Virus record (IMG/VR): IMGVR_UViG_3300020594_000244
Coordinates: 1 to 34,557 of that record
Origin: a virus
Taxonomy: Duplodnaviria > Caudoviricetes
Strand: one strand, 5' to 3'
Length of the DNA stretch: 34,557 bases
Part shown: positions 25,828 to 34,308 of the stretch, one piece after another
Numbering within the stretch: the first letter of the stretch is position 1
How the letters are laid out: each line of letters starts with the position of its first letter
Notes under the pieces: model-generated
What the model saw: only the letters and a program-made list of their open reading frames with translations
What the model was told of the DNA's origin: nothing
The model's database searches: none
Made by a program: the position numbers and the translations under genes

Positions 25828-26119
25828 GATCCAGTTCCTCGCGGTTTCGGGTGATGGTGTCCTCGACCCCCTCGGCAGCCTCCGCGTCCTGCCTGCCGAG
25901 TTCGGCCATCGCGGCGTCGCGTTCTTCCCTGATCTTGAGGACCTCCGCCGCATTGGCCGCTTCCTCGTGCGCGCGGCCGCGTTCCCACGCCCAGCTGTAA
26001 GCGAACCACAGGGCGAGGCCGAGCAGCGCAAGGCCGATCAGTTCGGAGATCCAGCGCGCGGTGCGCTCGCCGAAGCGGCCGAGCAGCCATCGGGTGACGA
26101 AGGGCAAAGCCAAGGTCAT
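25700..26119 (-). CDS. Inner-membrane spanin (i-spanin/Rz-like) candidate
   Basis: TM LIGLALLGLALWFAYSWAW then coiled coil with C-terminal Cys; follows the endolysin. Confidence 0.7.
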   Translation of the reverse strand: MTLALPFVTRWLLGRFGERTARWISELIGLALLGLALWFAYSWAWERGRAHEEAANAAEVLKIREERDAAMAELGRQDAEAAEGVEDTITRNREELDHETAPLPDRPLSDRQRARACRELVRQGRRCPAPAAGAADTGG

Positions 26120-26676
26120 GCGCGCGCGTTTCCGATACGCGTGCGGACCCATCCGGGCATGAAGTCCTCGAATTTCGGATTGCTCTCGGCGAGGCTGGCA
26201 TAATGGCCGAATTGCAGGCCATCGAGTGCGTCGATCATCAGATCGCGCGCGACCGCCGCGCCGCGCTTGGCGATGAGGCCGCGGAAGGCGGCGAGCGATT
26301 GCGCGCCGATTTGCCCGTCGACGGCGATGTCTGGGTAATCGGCGCCGCGGCGGTTGAAGAGGTTGAGCGCGGTCTGAAACCATTTCGCGGCGCGCGCCGG
26401 ACCGCAGTTGACCCCGCTGTCGACCACTTCCTCGGCGACTGCCGCGTCGATCTCGGCGATGCCGAGGAAGCCGGGGGTGACGATATATTGGCGGTAGTAG
26501 ATGTCGCGCGCCGTCGCCTTGGGAAGCTGGCTCATATGACCCTGATAGCCGTTGGCGCGCGCGACGCGCTGCGTGATGCCCCAGTTGGTGGCACCGCCCG
26601 GGTCGGAGGGATGGTCGACATAGCCGCCCTCACGATCGAGAATGCCGTCGATCATCGCGGCGATTTCGGCCTTCAT
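26116..26676 (-). CDS. Endolysin, glycoside hydrolase family 108 with peptidoglycan-binding domain
   Basis: EGGYVDHPSDPGGATNWGIT, DSGVNCG, VDGQIG, FMPGWVRTRI. Confidence 0.93.
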   Translation of the reverse strand: MKAEIAAMIDGILDREGGYVDHPSDPGGATNWGITQRVARANGYQGHMSQLPKATARDIYYRQYIVTPGFLGIAEIDAAVAEEVVDSGVNCGPARAAKWFQTALNLFNRRGADYPDIAVDGQIGAQSLAAFRGLIAKRGAAVARDLMIDALDGLQFGHYASLAESNPKFEDFMPGWVRTRIGNARA

Positions 26677-26990
26677 GGCAATTCTCCATCGTTCAGCCAG
26701 CTGCCGCCGCCATCGGTGCGGCGCAGCATGCGGCGGTAGTAGAGGACCGAGAAGGCGAGCAGAGCGTAATGGCCCATCAGCGTCACGACGGACGACGTCG
26801 CAAAGGTGTAGGCTCTGCCGAGCCATGCGGCGCCGAACAGCATCATCATCGTGGCGAAGAGCCAGATCATGACCGAACGCTCCGAGCGACCCGCCTGCAG
26901 GTCCATTGCAGGCAGGATGCGGGTGTAGAAGCGCCAGCCCATCGCGAAATAGGCGGCGGCGAGCAGCGTGCTGTGGATCTGGTCAAACAT
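26673..26990 (-). CDS. Three-TM lysis-cassette membrane protein (holin/antiholin candidate)
   Basis: MFDQIHSTLLAAAYFAMGW...; three hydrophobic segments, basic C-terminal region; directly upstream of the endolysin. Confidence 0.6.
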   Translation of the reverse strand: MFDQIHSTLLAAAYFAMGWRFYTRILPAMDLQAGRSERSVMIWLFATMMMLFGAAWLGRAYTFATSSVVTLMGHYALLAFSVLYYRRMLRRTDGGGSWLNDGELP

Positions 26991-27369
26991 CGCCGTCTCC
27001 CTTGTTCCTGACCCAGGGGATGCGGACGTTGCGCACGATCTCGCCAGCGCGGTCGCGCGCCGCCTGTCCGATGGTGACGATGGTCTCGGCAAGATATTTG
27101 GACAGCGCGCCGGCGGCCATCATGATCAGCTGGACGGGCCAGTCGGGCACGAACATCGGGTGCAGCAGCGCGGCGGCGAAGCCGGCGATGATCGCGAGGA
27201 AGATTGTGGTGGCGTAGCTGGCGCGCGACGACGGTCCGCCGCCCATCATGGCGAAAAAGGCGCCGCCGAGCGCGAGCGCCATGCCGGCGAGGAACACCGG
27301 CAGCGGCACCGTCACGCCGAAGGCGATCAGCAATGCGCCCATGAAACCCTTGATCTCGAACCCGCTCAT
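26983..27369 (-). CDS. Multi-TM holin candidate
   Basis: MSGFEIKGFMGALLIAFGVTVPLPVFLAGMALAL...; 3-4 TM; P2 holin position after X. Confidence 0.65.
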   Translation of the reverse strand: MSGFEIKGFMGALLIAFGVTVPLPVFLAGMALALGGAFFAMMGGGPSSRASYATTIFLAIIAGFAAALLHPMFVPDWPVQLIMMAAGALSKYLAETIVTIGQAARDRAGEIVRNVRIPWVRNKGDGDV

Positions 27370-27482
27370 TCCGCGTCCAACCCCCGTTCGAATTTCCGCC
27401 AGCTGCGCCATGCAACGGCAATGAAGGCGAGCGCGAGCGCACCCGCGACGGCAAGCGGGGTCAGGATGGCGGTCAGTCCCAA
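27366..27482 (-). CDS. 38-aa single-TM peptide
   Basis: TTG start overlapping the X stop; LTAILTPLAVAGALALAFIAVAWRSWRK; ATGA overlap with the next gene. Confidence 0.45.
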   Translation of the reverse strand: MGLTAILTPLAVAGALALAFIAVAWRSWRKFERGLDAE

Positions 27483-27682
27483 AGCTGCACCGTTTCGCGC
27501 GTCGGTCGCGCGGCCTCGTCGATTTCGGGAAGTTCGACGATCGTGCCCTCGGGCAGCCGCGGACCCAGCGCGGCGAGGCCGCTGTTGAGCTGAAGCGCCT
27601 GTTCGGTGACGCCGGCGGTGCTGCCGAGCGCGCGCCAGCACAGCGCGTCGAGCGTTTCGCCGTCCTGCGCGATCGCCTGCAT
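27473..27682 (-). CDS. gpX: Tail protein X
   Basis: AQDGETLDALCWR...LNSGLAALGPRLPEGTIVELP...VQLWD. Confidence 0.95.
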   Translation of the reverse strand: MQAIAQDGETLDALCWRALGSTAGVTEQALQLNSGLAALGPRLPEGTIVELPEIDEAARPTRETVQLWD

Positions 27683-28179
27683 CAGATCAGCTCCGCATGG
27701 TTGCGCTGGACGGGCGTGGCGGCGCCGATCGAGCGCAGGTCGGCGACGGCGGCATGCGCCATGCGGCGATAATCGTCGGCCGAGACGCGGCGTTCGTCGC
27801 TGCGCTGCGATTGCTGGTCGGTCGCGACAAGGTCGCGATAGCCGTCGGCGATTTCGGCCGCGGCATAATAGCGGATGATGCGGCGCCACAGCACGACGGG
27901 GCGCGGGTCGCCGCCGATCGTGACTTCATCGGGCACGGCATCGAGCGAAGCGACCCCGGCGCCGGCGTGCAGCGCGCGCCAGTCGGCGAGGGCGCGGAAG
28001 GCGTGAAGCATCGCGCCCTCGATCGCGGCGATCAGCCTTTGGTGGGTCACGATGCCTTCGCCCAGACGCACTTCGTCGCGCAGGTCGTTGCAGTCGATGT
28101 CGGGAAACCAGCCGTCGGCCGCGACCTTGCTGTCGGCAGGGGAGGCGGGCGACGGCGGGGTCGAGATCAGGTCGCTCAT
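27682..28179 (-). CDS. gpL: Head completion/stabilisation protein L
   Basis: DGWFPDID, QRLIAAI, YRDLVAT, C-terminal AELI. Confidence 0.9.
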   Translation of the reverse strand: MSDLISTPPSPASPADSKVAADGWFPDIDCNDLRDEVRLGEGIVTHQRLIAAIEGAMLHAFRALADWRALHAGAGVASLDAVPDEVTIGGDPRPVVLWRRIIRYYAAAEIADGYRDLVATDQQSQRSDERRVSADDYRRMAHAAVADLRSIGAATPVQRNHAELI

Positions 28180-28285
28180 TTTGCCTCCTTTCGAATTTTA
28201 CGGGGGGTGGGGATCGGGTGCGGGGCTGTGCCCTTGCGGGTGCGCCGAACCGTCACCGCCCCCCGAGCGGCGTGGGCCGAGCTGG

Positions 28286-29035
28286 TTATTCGGGCGGAGG
28301 CGCGAGCTTCTTGAGCTCGGCCTCGGCCTGCTGCAGATCCTTTCTGGCGCCGACATTCTTGTCGAGGCGCAGCGCTTCGCCGAAGGCGGCGATCGCGCCC
28401 TCGATCAGCGCGGCCTTGCCGCCCGCCACCGCATTGTCGGCCTGCGGGTCGAATGCGGCGGCGGACGCAGCGCTGGCGCGACCCAGGGCCTTGAACAATT
28501 TGGCGCGCGCCTGATCGGGCATGTCATGATTTTCGGTCAATTCGGCGACGCGCTGCAACTGCTCGAGCGTAACGGTTCCGGGCTCCCGGATGGCGACCTC
28601 GGCGATTTCCTCGGCGATCAGGCAGGCTGGGGTGCGGGTGTAGCGATCGGGCAGCGACAGGCCGTGGGTCAGGACATGGTCGGCGATCACCAGTGCGGCG
28701 CTGATGTCGCGATAGTCGATCGCCCAGATCATGATCGTCACAACGATCTCGTCCTGCGCCGCCTTGCCCTCGGCGCCGGCATGCAAGGCCCCGGCGACCC
28801 AGGGCAAATATTTGGCCGCCATCGCCAGCTTCATCGGATTGCGCGCGGTGATCGACTGGGTTTCGGACAGCCGGCGTAAATCGTCATGCAGCGCGGCAAG
28901 CAGCGTGCGATATTCGCTGGCGCTTTCGCCTTCCTTCGGCATCGGCGCGGCGACGCCGGCGGGCGGTTTGCCGGCTTCGACGGCGGCGGCGGTGGCGAGT
29001 TTCCGGGCACGCATACGGCGGGCGAGGCTGGTCAT
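28286..29035 (-). CDS. gpM: Terminase endonuclease (small) subunit M
   Basis: KYLPWVAG, QDEIVVTIMIWAID, DMPDQARAKLFKALG, NVGARK. Confidence 0.93.
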   Translation of the reverse strand: MTSLARRMRARKLATAAAVEAGKPPAGVAAPMPKEGESASEYRTLLAALHDDLRRLSETQSITARNPMKLAMAAKYLPWVAGALHAGAEGKAAQDEIVVTIMIWAIDYRDISAALVIADHVLTHGLSLPDRYTRTPACLIAEEIAEVAIREPGTVTLEQLQRVAELTENHDMPDQARAKLFKALGRASAASAAAFDPQADNAVAGGKAALIEGAIAAFGEALRLDKNVGARKDLQQAEAELKKLAPPPE

Positions 29036-29179
29036 GAGCGGGGCTCCTTTTTCCGATGGGTGGCCGCTCTATCCGGCGGCGGCCGTCGGGCGCTGGCTTC
29101 GAATGCCTCCCCGACTATGCGCTGGGCTCTGGCGCCGCCGACCCGGATGTCAGCCGCGCGCCGTCAACGCCCCCAGGTA

Positions 29180-30304
29180 TTACGGGGCGGCTTCGCGGGC
29201 GGGCGCGGCGCCGATGACGATGTTCTCAATGAGCGAGCAAAGCTCATAATCCTCGACGACATAATCCTCGTTGGCGCTTTCGTAGTTGGCGATGCGGTCG
29301 AGTTCGGGCTCGTCCTTGATCATACGGCGGCGCGTGCCTTCCTGGACATAGATGGACAGGTTATCGAGCCGGGTGATCAGGATCGCGTCCGCCGGGAAGA
29401 AGGGGACGCGAACGGCGGGAAGGCCGCCGATCTGCTTGGTCGAGCGCAGGATGCGGTCGGTCGCTTCGACCTCGGTCGCGGTGGCGCCGGTGGTCTGGGC
29501 GATGTTGAAATATTTGTCGTCGACCAGATCGTGGCCGACGATGACGACGAGATCGGTATCGCCGCGGTGCCATTCGGGGATCAGCGACTTGGCGTCGAGC
29601 ACCAGCGCATCGAGCGAGCTGTAATCGGCGGCGGCGGCGGTCGCGTTATCGAGCGATTCGTCGTAGAGCGTCACCCCGGGCTTGACATAGATCGCCTTCA
29701 GATCGGCGTGATCGCTGCCGTCCGCATAGACGGTCAGATCGCCGTCATCGAGCACCTGCAATGGCGCGTGCGTGCGAATCTTGTAGAGCCACCCTTCATT
29801 GACATCCTGAAGCATCGGATTCGCGACGATATCCGTCGTGGCCGCCGCTTCCTCGCCATGCCAACCGATCATGATACGATCGCGGCCCTGCTGTTTGGTG
29901 ATCGCGTCGCGGATCAGTGTCTGAAATTCGGGGCGATGCCGCCACATATCCAGCTTTGCATAGGGCAGCGCGTGATCGAAGTTGGTCTGCTTGCAGAAAT
30001 ACTGCCCCTTGTCCGACGTGTCGGTCGGATCGGTAGGATTGCGCTTGGTGCCACCGGCGGTGTTCGTGCGGCTCGCGAGTGGCCGCGTGACGCCGACCCC
30101 GACCTTGTCGCCAACTTGCTGCACCACCGGAACAATATTGATCTGTTGCAGGAACTCGCTGCCCTGCTTGATAACCTCTTCGAGGCGCTGCTCGACAACG
30201 GGATCGACCGTGAACTTGGTCGAAACGTCGCCGGCGTCGAGGCCATTGAGCGTCGCGATCTGCGACACATAGGCGGTGAAGAGAATTCGGGTTTCATTGC
30301 GCAT
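29180..30304 (-). CDS. gpN: Major capsid protein, P2 family
   Basis: MRNETR, KFTVDP..EQRL, CKQTNFD, DRIMIGWHG, NPMLQDVNEGWL, VPFFP, NYESANEDYVVEDY. Confidence 0.97.
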   Translation of the reverse strand: MRNETRILFTAYVSQIATLNGLDAGDVSTKFTVDPVVEQRLEEVIKQGSEFLQQINIVPVVQQVGDKVGVGVTRPLASRTNTAGGTKRNPTDPTDTSDKGQYFCKQTNFDHALPYAKLDMWRHRPEFQTLIRDAITKQQGRDRIMIGWHGEEAAATTDIVANPMLQDVNEGWLYKIRTHAPLQVLDDGDLTVYADGSDHADLKAIYVKPGVTLYDESLDNATAAAADYSSLDALVLDAKSLIPEWHRGDTDLVVIVGHDLVDDKYFNIAQTTGATATEVEATDRILRSTKQIGGLPAVRVPFFPADAILITRLDNLSIYVQEGTRRRMIKDEPELDRIANYESANEDYVVEDYELCSLIENIVIGAAPAREAAP

Positions 30305-30354
30305 CGATTAGCTTCCTTGGGCAGTCTGGGCGGGCGCGGGATGGATTGGGGCGA

Positions 30355-31200
30355 TCAGCAGTCGGTGCGGGCGAACTTGCCGCCATCGGCCGCCGGGCGG
30401 GGTTTTTGCCCCGGCGCCGGCGTGGCTTCGAACTTGTCCTCGACCTCCTTCAGCTTGAGCCCGAACTGGTCGAGCTCGCCGCGGATGGCGTTGGTCTGTT
30501 CGGTCAGCGCGCCCTGCAGCGCGGTGCCGAGATCGGTGAAGAGGCCGGTCAGCGCGGCCGCGTCGATCGTGCCCGGTGCCGCTTCGGGCCTGGGATCGGG
30601 CTTCGACTCTTCCTTCTTCGCCCCGAACTTGTCGGCGAACTTGTCGAGCACGCCGGTCAGCGCATTGAGGAAATTGCCGCCCTCGGCCGTCGTGGCGCCG
30701 GTTTCGTCGGCGAATTCGAGCGTGCCGGCCTGGTCGCGGCTGTAAACGAGGGCGCCGGGCCGGGTGACCGCGAACTGCAGCCGTTCGGTGGCGATCGCGG
30801 CGGGGCTGTCGGTCAGCGCGCAACCCATCAGATAGGCATAGCCCTTGCCGCCGAAATTGGGCTCGATCTCGATCGACGGATACACCTTTTGCTGCGCGGC
30901 GTTGAGCGCCTTCGCATCCTCCGTCACGTCGAAGATGCCATAGAGCGCCTTGCGCTTTTCCTTCTTGCCGTTGAAGTCGACCTCGACCTCGCCGGTCGAC
31001 AACTCGAGGATGTCGCCATAGGCGCGGAACGGCTTGTCGCCGCTGATGCCGCGGATGTGCTCGATGTTGAGCCGCGCCCCATAGGTTTTCGGATTATAGC
31101 TCGACGCCATTTCCTCGAGCATCTTGTCGTCGATCACGCGGCCGTCGACGGTCGAACCGGCGGTGGCGAGCAGGAAGGGCTTGGTGCGGCTGAAGTTCAT
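30355..31200 (-). CDS. gpO: Capsid scaffolding protein O
   Basis: ATAGSTVDGRVI, YGARLNIEH, KVYPSIE, YLMGCALTDSPA, C-terminal TDC. Confidence 0.95.
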   Translation of the reverse strand: MNFSRTKPFLLATAGSTVDGRVIDDKMLEEMASSYNPKTYGARLNIEHIRGISGDKPFRAYGDILELSTGEVEVDFNGKKEKRKALYGIFDVTEDAKALNAAQQKVYPSIEIEPNFGGKGYAYLMGCALTDSPAAIATERLQFAVTRPGALVYSRDQAGTLEFADETGATTAEGGNFLNALTGVLDKFADKFGAKKEESKPDPRPEAAPGTIDAAALTGLFTDLGTALQGALTEQTNAIRGELDQFGLKLKEVEDKFEATPAPGQKPRPAADGGKFARTDC

Positions 31201-31313
31201 CTGTTGGGCTCCATCGGCGTGATCATGGGCTGACCTGGACGACGGAAGCGGGGAGCCGGCGCGTGTCAGATGTCGCCTTTCGGCTGAAAAACCGGCCATG
31301 TTGCAACGCTCTC

Positions 31314-31340
31314 GCGTTGTAGGGCGCGAGTTTACAACGC
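31314..31340. promoter_or_regulatory. Late promoter activator site in the divergent O/P gap
   Basis: GCGTTGTA-GGGCGCGAGTT-TACAACGC. Confidence 0.8.
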
Positions 31341-31385
31341 GAGGGCGGCGCGCGAGGGCCGATTTTCGCGGCATGGCGTCGGGCC

Positions 31386-33245
31386 ATGAATGGCCCGACC
31401 GGCACCCTTGAGAGCGAAGCGGCGAAACCGCTGGACGATGGGCGCGACCCCGAGCGCGAGGCGCGCTCGCTCTATTGGCGCGGCTGGACGATCACCGCGA
31501 TCGCGCGCGAGCTGGGCGAGAAACGCGCGACCGTCGCGAGCTGGAAGAGGCGCGGCGAATGGCGCAAGGCGAAATCGGTCCAGATCATCGAGGACCGCAT
31601 CGAGGTGAAGGCGGCCGCCCTGATCGACAAGGGCGAAAAGATCACCGAAGGCGACATGAAGCGGGTCGATTTCCTCCTGCGCTGCCTCGAGCGCACCGCG
31701 CGGATCCGCAAATATCACGAGACGGGGAAAGAGGGCGACCTGAACCCCAATATCGCTCGCCGCAACGACGAGCCCGCGAAGGCGAAGCGCGCCGAAAAGC
31801 GCAAGAATTTCCTGACCGACGAGCAATGGGATGCGCTCGAGGCGGATTTCCACAAGCATAATCTGGCGCATCAGAAGCTGTGGTGGGACAAGCGCGACGA
31901 GCGGACGCGCAAAATCCTGAAATCGCGGCAGGTCGGCGCGACCTGGTATTTCGCGCGCGAAGCCCTGATGAAAGCGCGGTGGAGCTTTCTGGGCGGGGCG
32001 CCGCGCAACCAGATATTCCTGTCGGCATCGAAGCGGCAGGTCCTGGTCTTCCGCCGTTATATCACCGCCTGGGTCAAGAAGGTCACCGGCGTCGACCTGA
32101 AGGGCGATCCCATCCTGCTCGACATGGGCGACGGCGCCGAGCCGATTGGCCTCTATTTCTTTTCGACCAATGCCCAGACCGCGCAGAGCGAGCATGGCGA
32201 CCTCTATTTCGATGAATTCTTCTGGGTCGGCGGTTTCGCCGAGCTGAAGAAGGTCGCCAGCGCGATGGCGACGCACAAGATCTACAAGCGCACCTATTTC
32301 TCGACCCCGAGCGCGATCACGCACCAGGCCTATGCCTTCTGGTCGGGGGAAGAATGGAACCGGCGTCGCCGCAAGGCCGACCAAAAGCCGTTCGACGTGT
32401 CGAAGCGCAATCTGCGCCGCGGCGCCATGATGCCCGACGGCAGCTGGTGCCATATCCTGACCCTGCAGGACGCGATCGATGGCGGGATGGATTTCCTGTT
32501 CGACATCGACGAGCTGCGCATGGAGAGCAGCGACGACGAATTCCGCAATCTCTATGAATGCGAATTCATCGACGACAGCCAGAGCAGCTTCCCATTCAGC
32601 CTGATCGCGGCGTCGCGGGTCGACAGCTTCTACGTGTGGAAGGATTTCAAGCCCGCCGAAATCGGCCTGCCCGGGCGACGGCCCTATGGCGAAAAGCCGG
32701 TTTCGATCGGTTACGACCCGAACAAGCAGGGCCGCGACGATGCCGCCCTGTCGGTCACCGGATTGCCCGAAAAGGCCGGGGGCAAGTTCCGCGTGCTCGA
32801 AAAGCGGCGCGCCAACGGGCTCGATTTTCAGGGGCAGGCCGACCTGATTCGCGAGGTCGCGAGCTATTACAACGTCGTAGATATCGCGATCGACACGTCG
32901 GGCAGCGGGCAGGCGGTGCTCGAGCTGGTGCGCAAATGGTTCCCGACCGCGCGCGGCATCGACTATTCGGTGCGGACCAAGGCGGAGTTGGTCATGAAGG
33001 GCCAGAATATCTTTCGCAACGGCCGCATCGAGATCGACGCTGGGTGGAGCGACGTCTTCGCGGCCTTCATGGCCATCCGCCCTGCGATCACGAAATCGGG
33101 AAAGCAGGTGACCTATGTCGCCGCCCGCAACGGCGAGGTCGGTCACGCCGATATCGCCTGGTCGATTCTCCACTCCCTTCTGGTCGAACCCCTCGACGGC
33201 AGCGAACCTGCCGCCGCGCAGGGCGAGGCCTTTTTCTTCGACTGA
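31386..33245 (+). CDS. gpP: Terminase ATPase (large) subunit P
   Basis: ARSLYWRGW HTH, LKSRQVGATWYFAREA, GDLYFDEFFW, GYDP, GHADIAW. Confidence 0.97.
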   Translation: MNGPTGTLESEAAKPLDDGRDPEREARSLYWRGWTITAIARELGEKRATVASWKRRGEWRKAKSVQIIEDRIEVKAAALIDKGEKITEGDMKRVDFLLRCLERTARIRKYHETGKEGDLNPNIARRNDEPAKAKRAEKRKNFLTDEQWDALEADFHKHNLAHQKLWWDKRDERTRKILKSRQVGATWYFAREALMKARWSFLGGAPRNQIFLSASKRQVLVFRRYITAWVKKVTGVDLKGDPILLDMGDGAEPIGLYFFSTNAQTAQSEHGDLYFDEFFWVGGFAELKKVASAMATHKIYKRTYFSTPSAITHQAYAFWSGEEWNRRRRKADQKPFDVSKRNLRRGAMMPDGSWCHILTLQDAIDGGMDFLFDIDELRMESSDDEFRNLYECEFIDDSQSSFPFSLIAASRVDSFYVWKDFKPAEIGLPGRRPYGEKPVSIGYDPNKQGRDDAALSVTGLPEKAGGKFRVLEKRRANGLDFQGQADLIREVASYYNVVDIAIDTSGSGQAVLELVRKWFPTARGIDYSVRTKAELVMKGQNIFRNGRIEIDAGWSDVFAAFMAIRPAITKSGKQVTYVAARNGEVGHADIAWSILHSLLVEPLDGSEPAAAQGEAFFFD

Positions 33246-33262
33246 CGGCAAAGGATCCTGCC

Positions 33263-34285
33263 ATGACCGAGACCACCACGATCGACGCGACCCAGACCGG
33301 CGGGGAGCCGATGGTTTTCACCTTCGGCGAGCCCGACAGCGTCATCGGGTCGCGCGACCTGTGGACCTATTTCGAGATCTGGCACAATGGGCGCTGGTAC
33401 GAGACGCCTTTGCCGATGGTGAGCCTCGGCAAAGCGTTCAACATGTCGTCACACCATCGCAGCGCGATCGGGCTGAAGGTCAACCTGCTCGTCGAGCATT
33501 TCGTGCCGTCGCGGTGGCTTGACAGCGACAATTTCGAGCGGTTCGCGCTCGATTTCCTGCAGATGGGGAACGGCTATCTCGAGCAGATCGACAATCTGGG
33601 CGGGCGGCCGCTGCGCTTCAAGCATAGCCTTGCCGCCTATACACGCATGGGTGTCGCGCCGGGCACCGCTTTCTTCGTGCAGGGGCCGATCGGTCAGATC
33701 CATGAATTCCGCCCGGGCAGCGTCCATCAGCTGCAGCAGCCCGACGTGCTGCAGGAGGTCTATGGCATCCCCGAGTGGCTCGCGGCGCTGCAATCGGGGT
33801 TGCTCAACGAAAATGCGACGCTGTTCCGCCGCCGCTATTACCTCAACGGCGCGCATGCGGGGTTCATCTTCTATCTGTCGGAGGTGCTGGCCGACCAGGA
33901 AACGAAGGACAATATCAAGGATCAGCTGAAGCAGGCGAAGGGGCGCGGCAATTTCCGCAACCTCTTCCTCAACATTCCCGGAGGAAAGAAGGATGGGGTG
34001 CAGATCATCCCGCTCGCCGAGGTGGCGGCGAAGGATGAGTTTCAGAATATCAAGAACCTGACCCGCGACGACATGCTGGCCGCCCACCGAATCCCGCCCC
34101 AGCTGCTCGGCATCGTGCCGCAGAATAACGGCGGTTTCGGCGACGTCGGCCGCGCGATGGACGTCTTCTTCCCGAACGAGATCAGCCCGATCATCAGTCG
34201 TTTCCTGCGCATGAACGATCGCCTGGGCGTGCCGGCGTTCGGGTTCCGGGCCTATGAGCCGAAGGGCGGCGCGGCGGCGGGGTAG
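33263..34285 (+). CDS. gpQ: Portal protein Q
   Basis: FTFGEP, WYETP, QEVYGIPEW, LNENATLFRRRYYLNGAHAGFI, KDEFQNIK, AAHRIPP; start at ATG 33263 after AAGGA. Confidence 0.97.
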   Translation: MTETTTIDATQTGGEPMVFTFGEPDSVIGSRDLWTYFEIWHNGRWYETPLPMVSLGKAFNMSSHHRSAIGLKVNLLVEHFVPSRWLDSDNFERFALDFLQMGNGYLEQIDNLGGRPLRFKHSLAAYTRMGVAPGTAFFVQGPIGQIHEFRPGSVHQLQQPDVLQEVYGIPEWLAALQSGLLNENATLFRRRYYLNGAHAGFIFYLSEVLADQETKDNIKDQLKQAKGRGNFRNLFLNIPGGKKDGVQIIPLAEVAAKDEFQNIKNLTRDDMLAAHRIPPQLLGIVPQNNGGFGDVGRAMDVFFPNEISPIISRFLRMNDRLGVPAFGFRAYEPKGGAAAG

Positions 34286-34308
34286 GGGCCGCCGGCGCCT
34301 TTCGGAAT

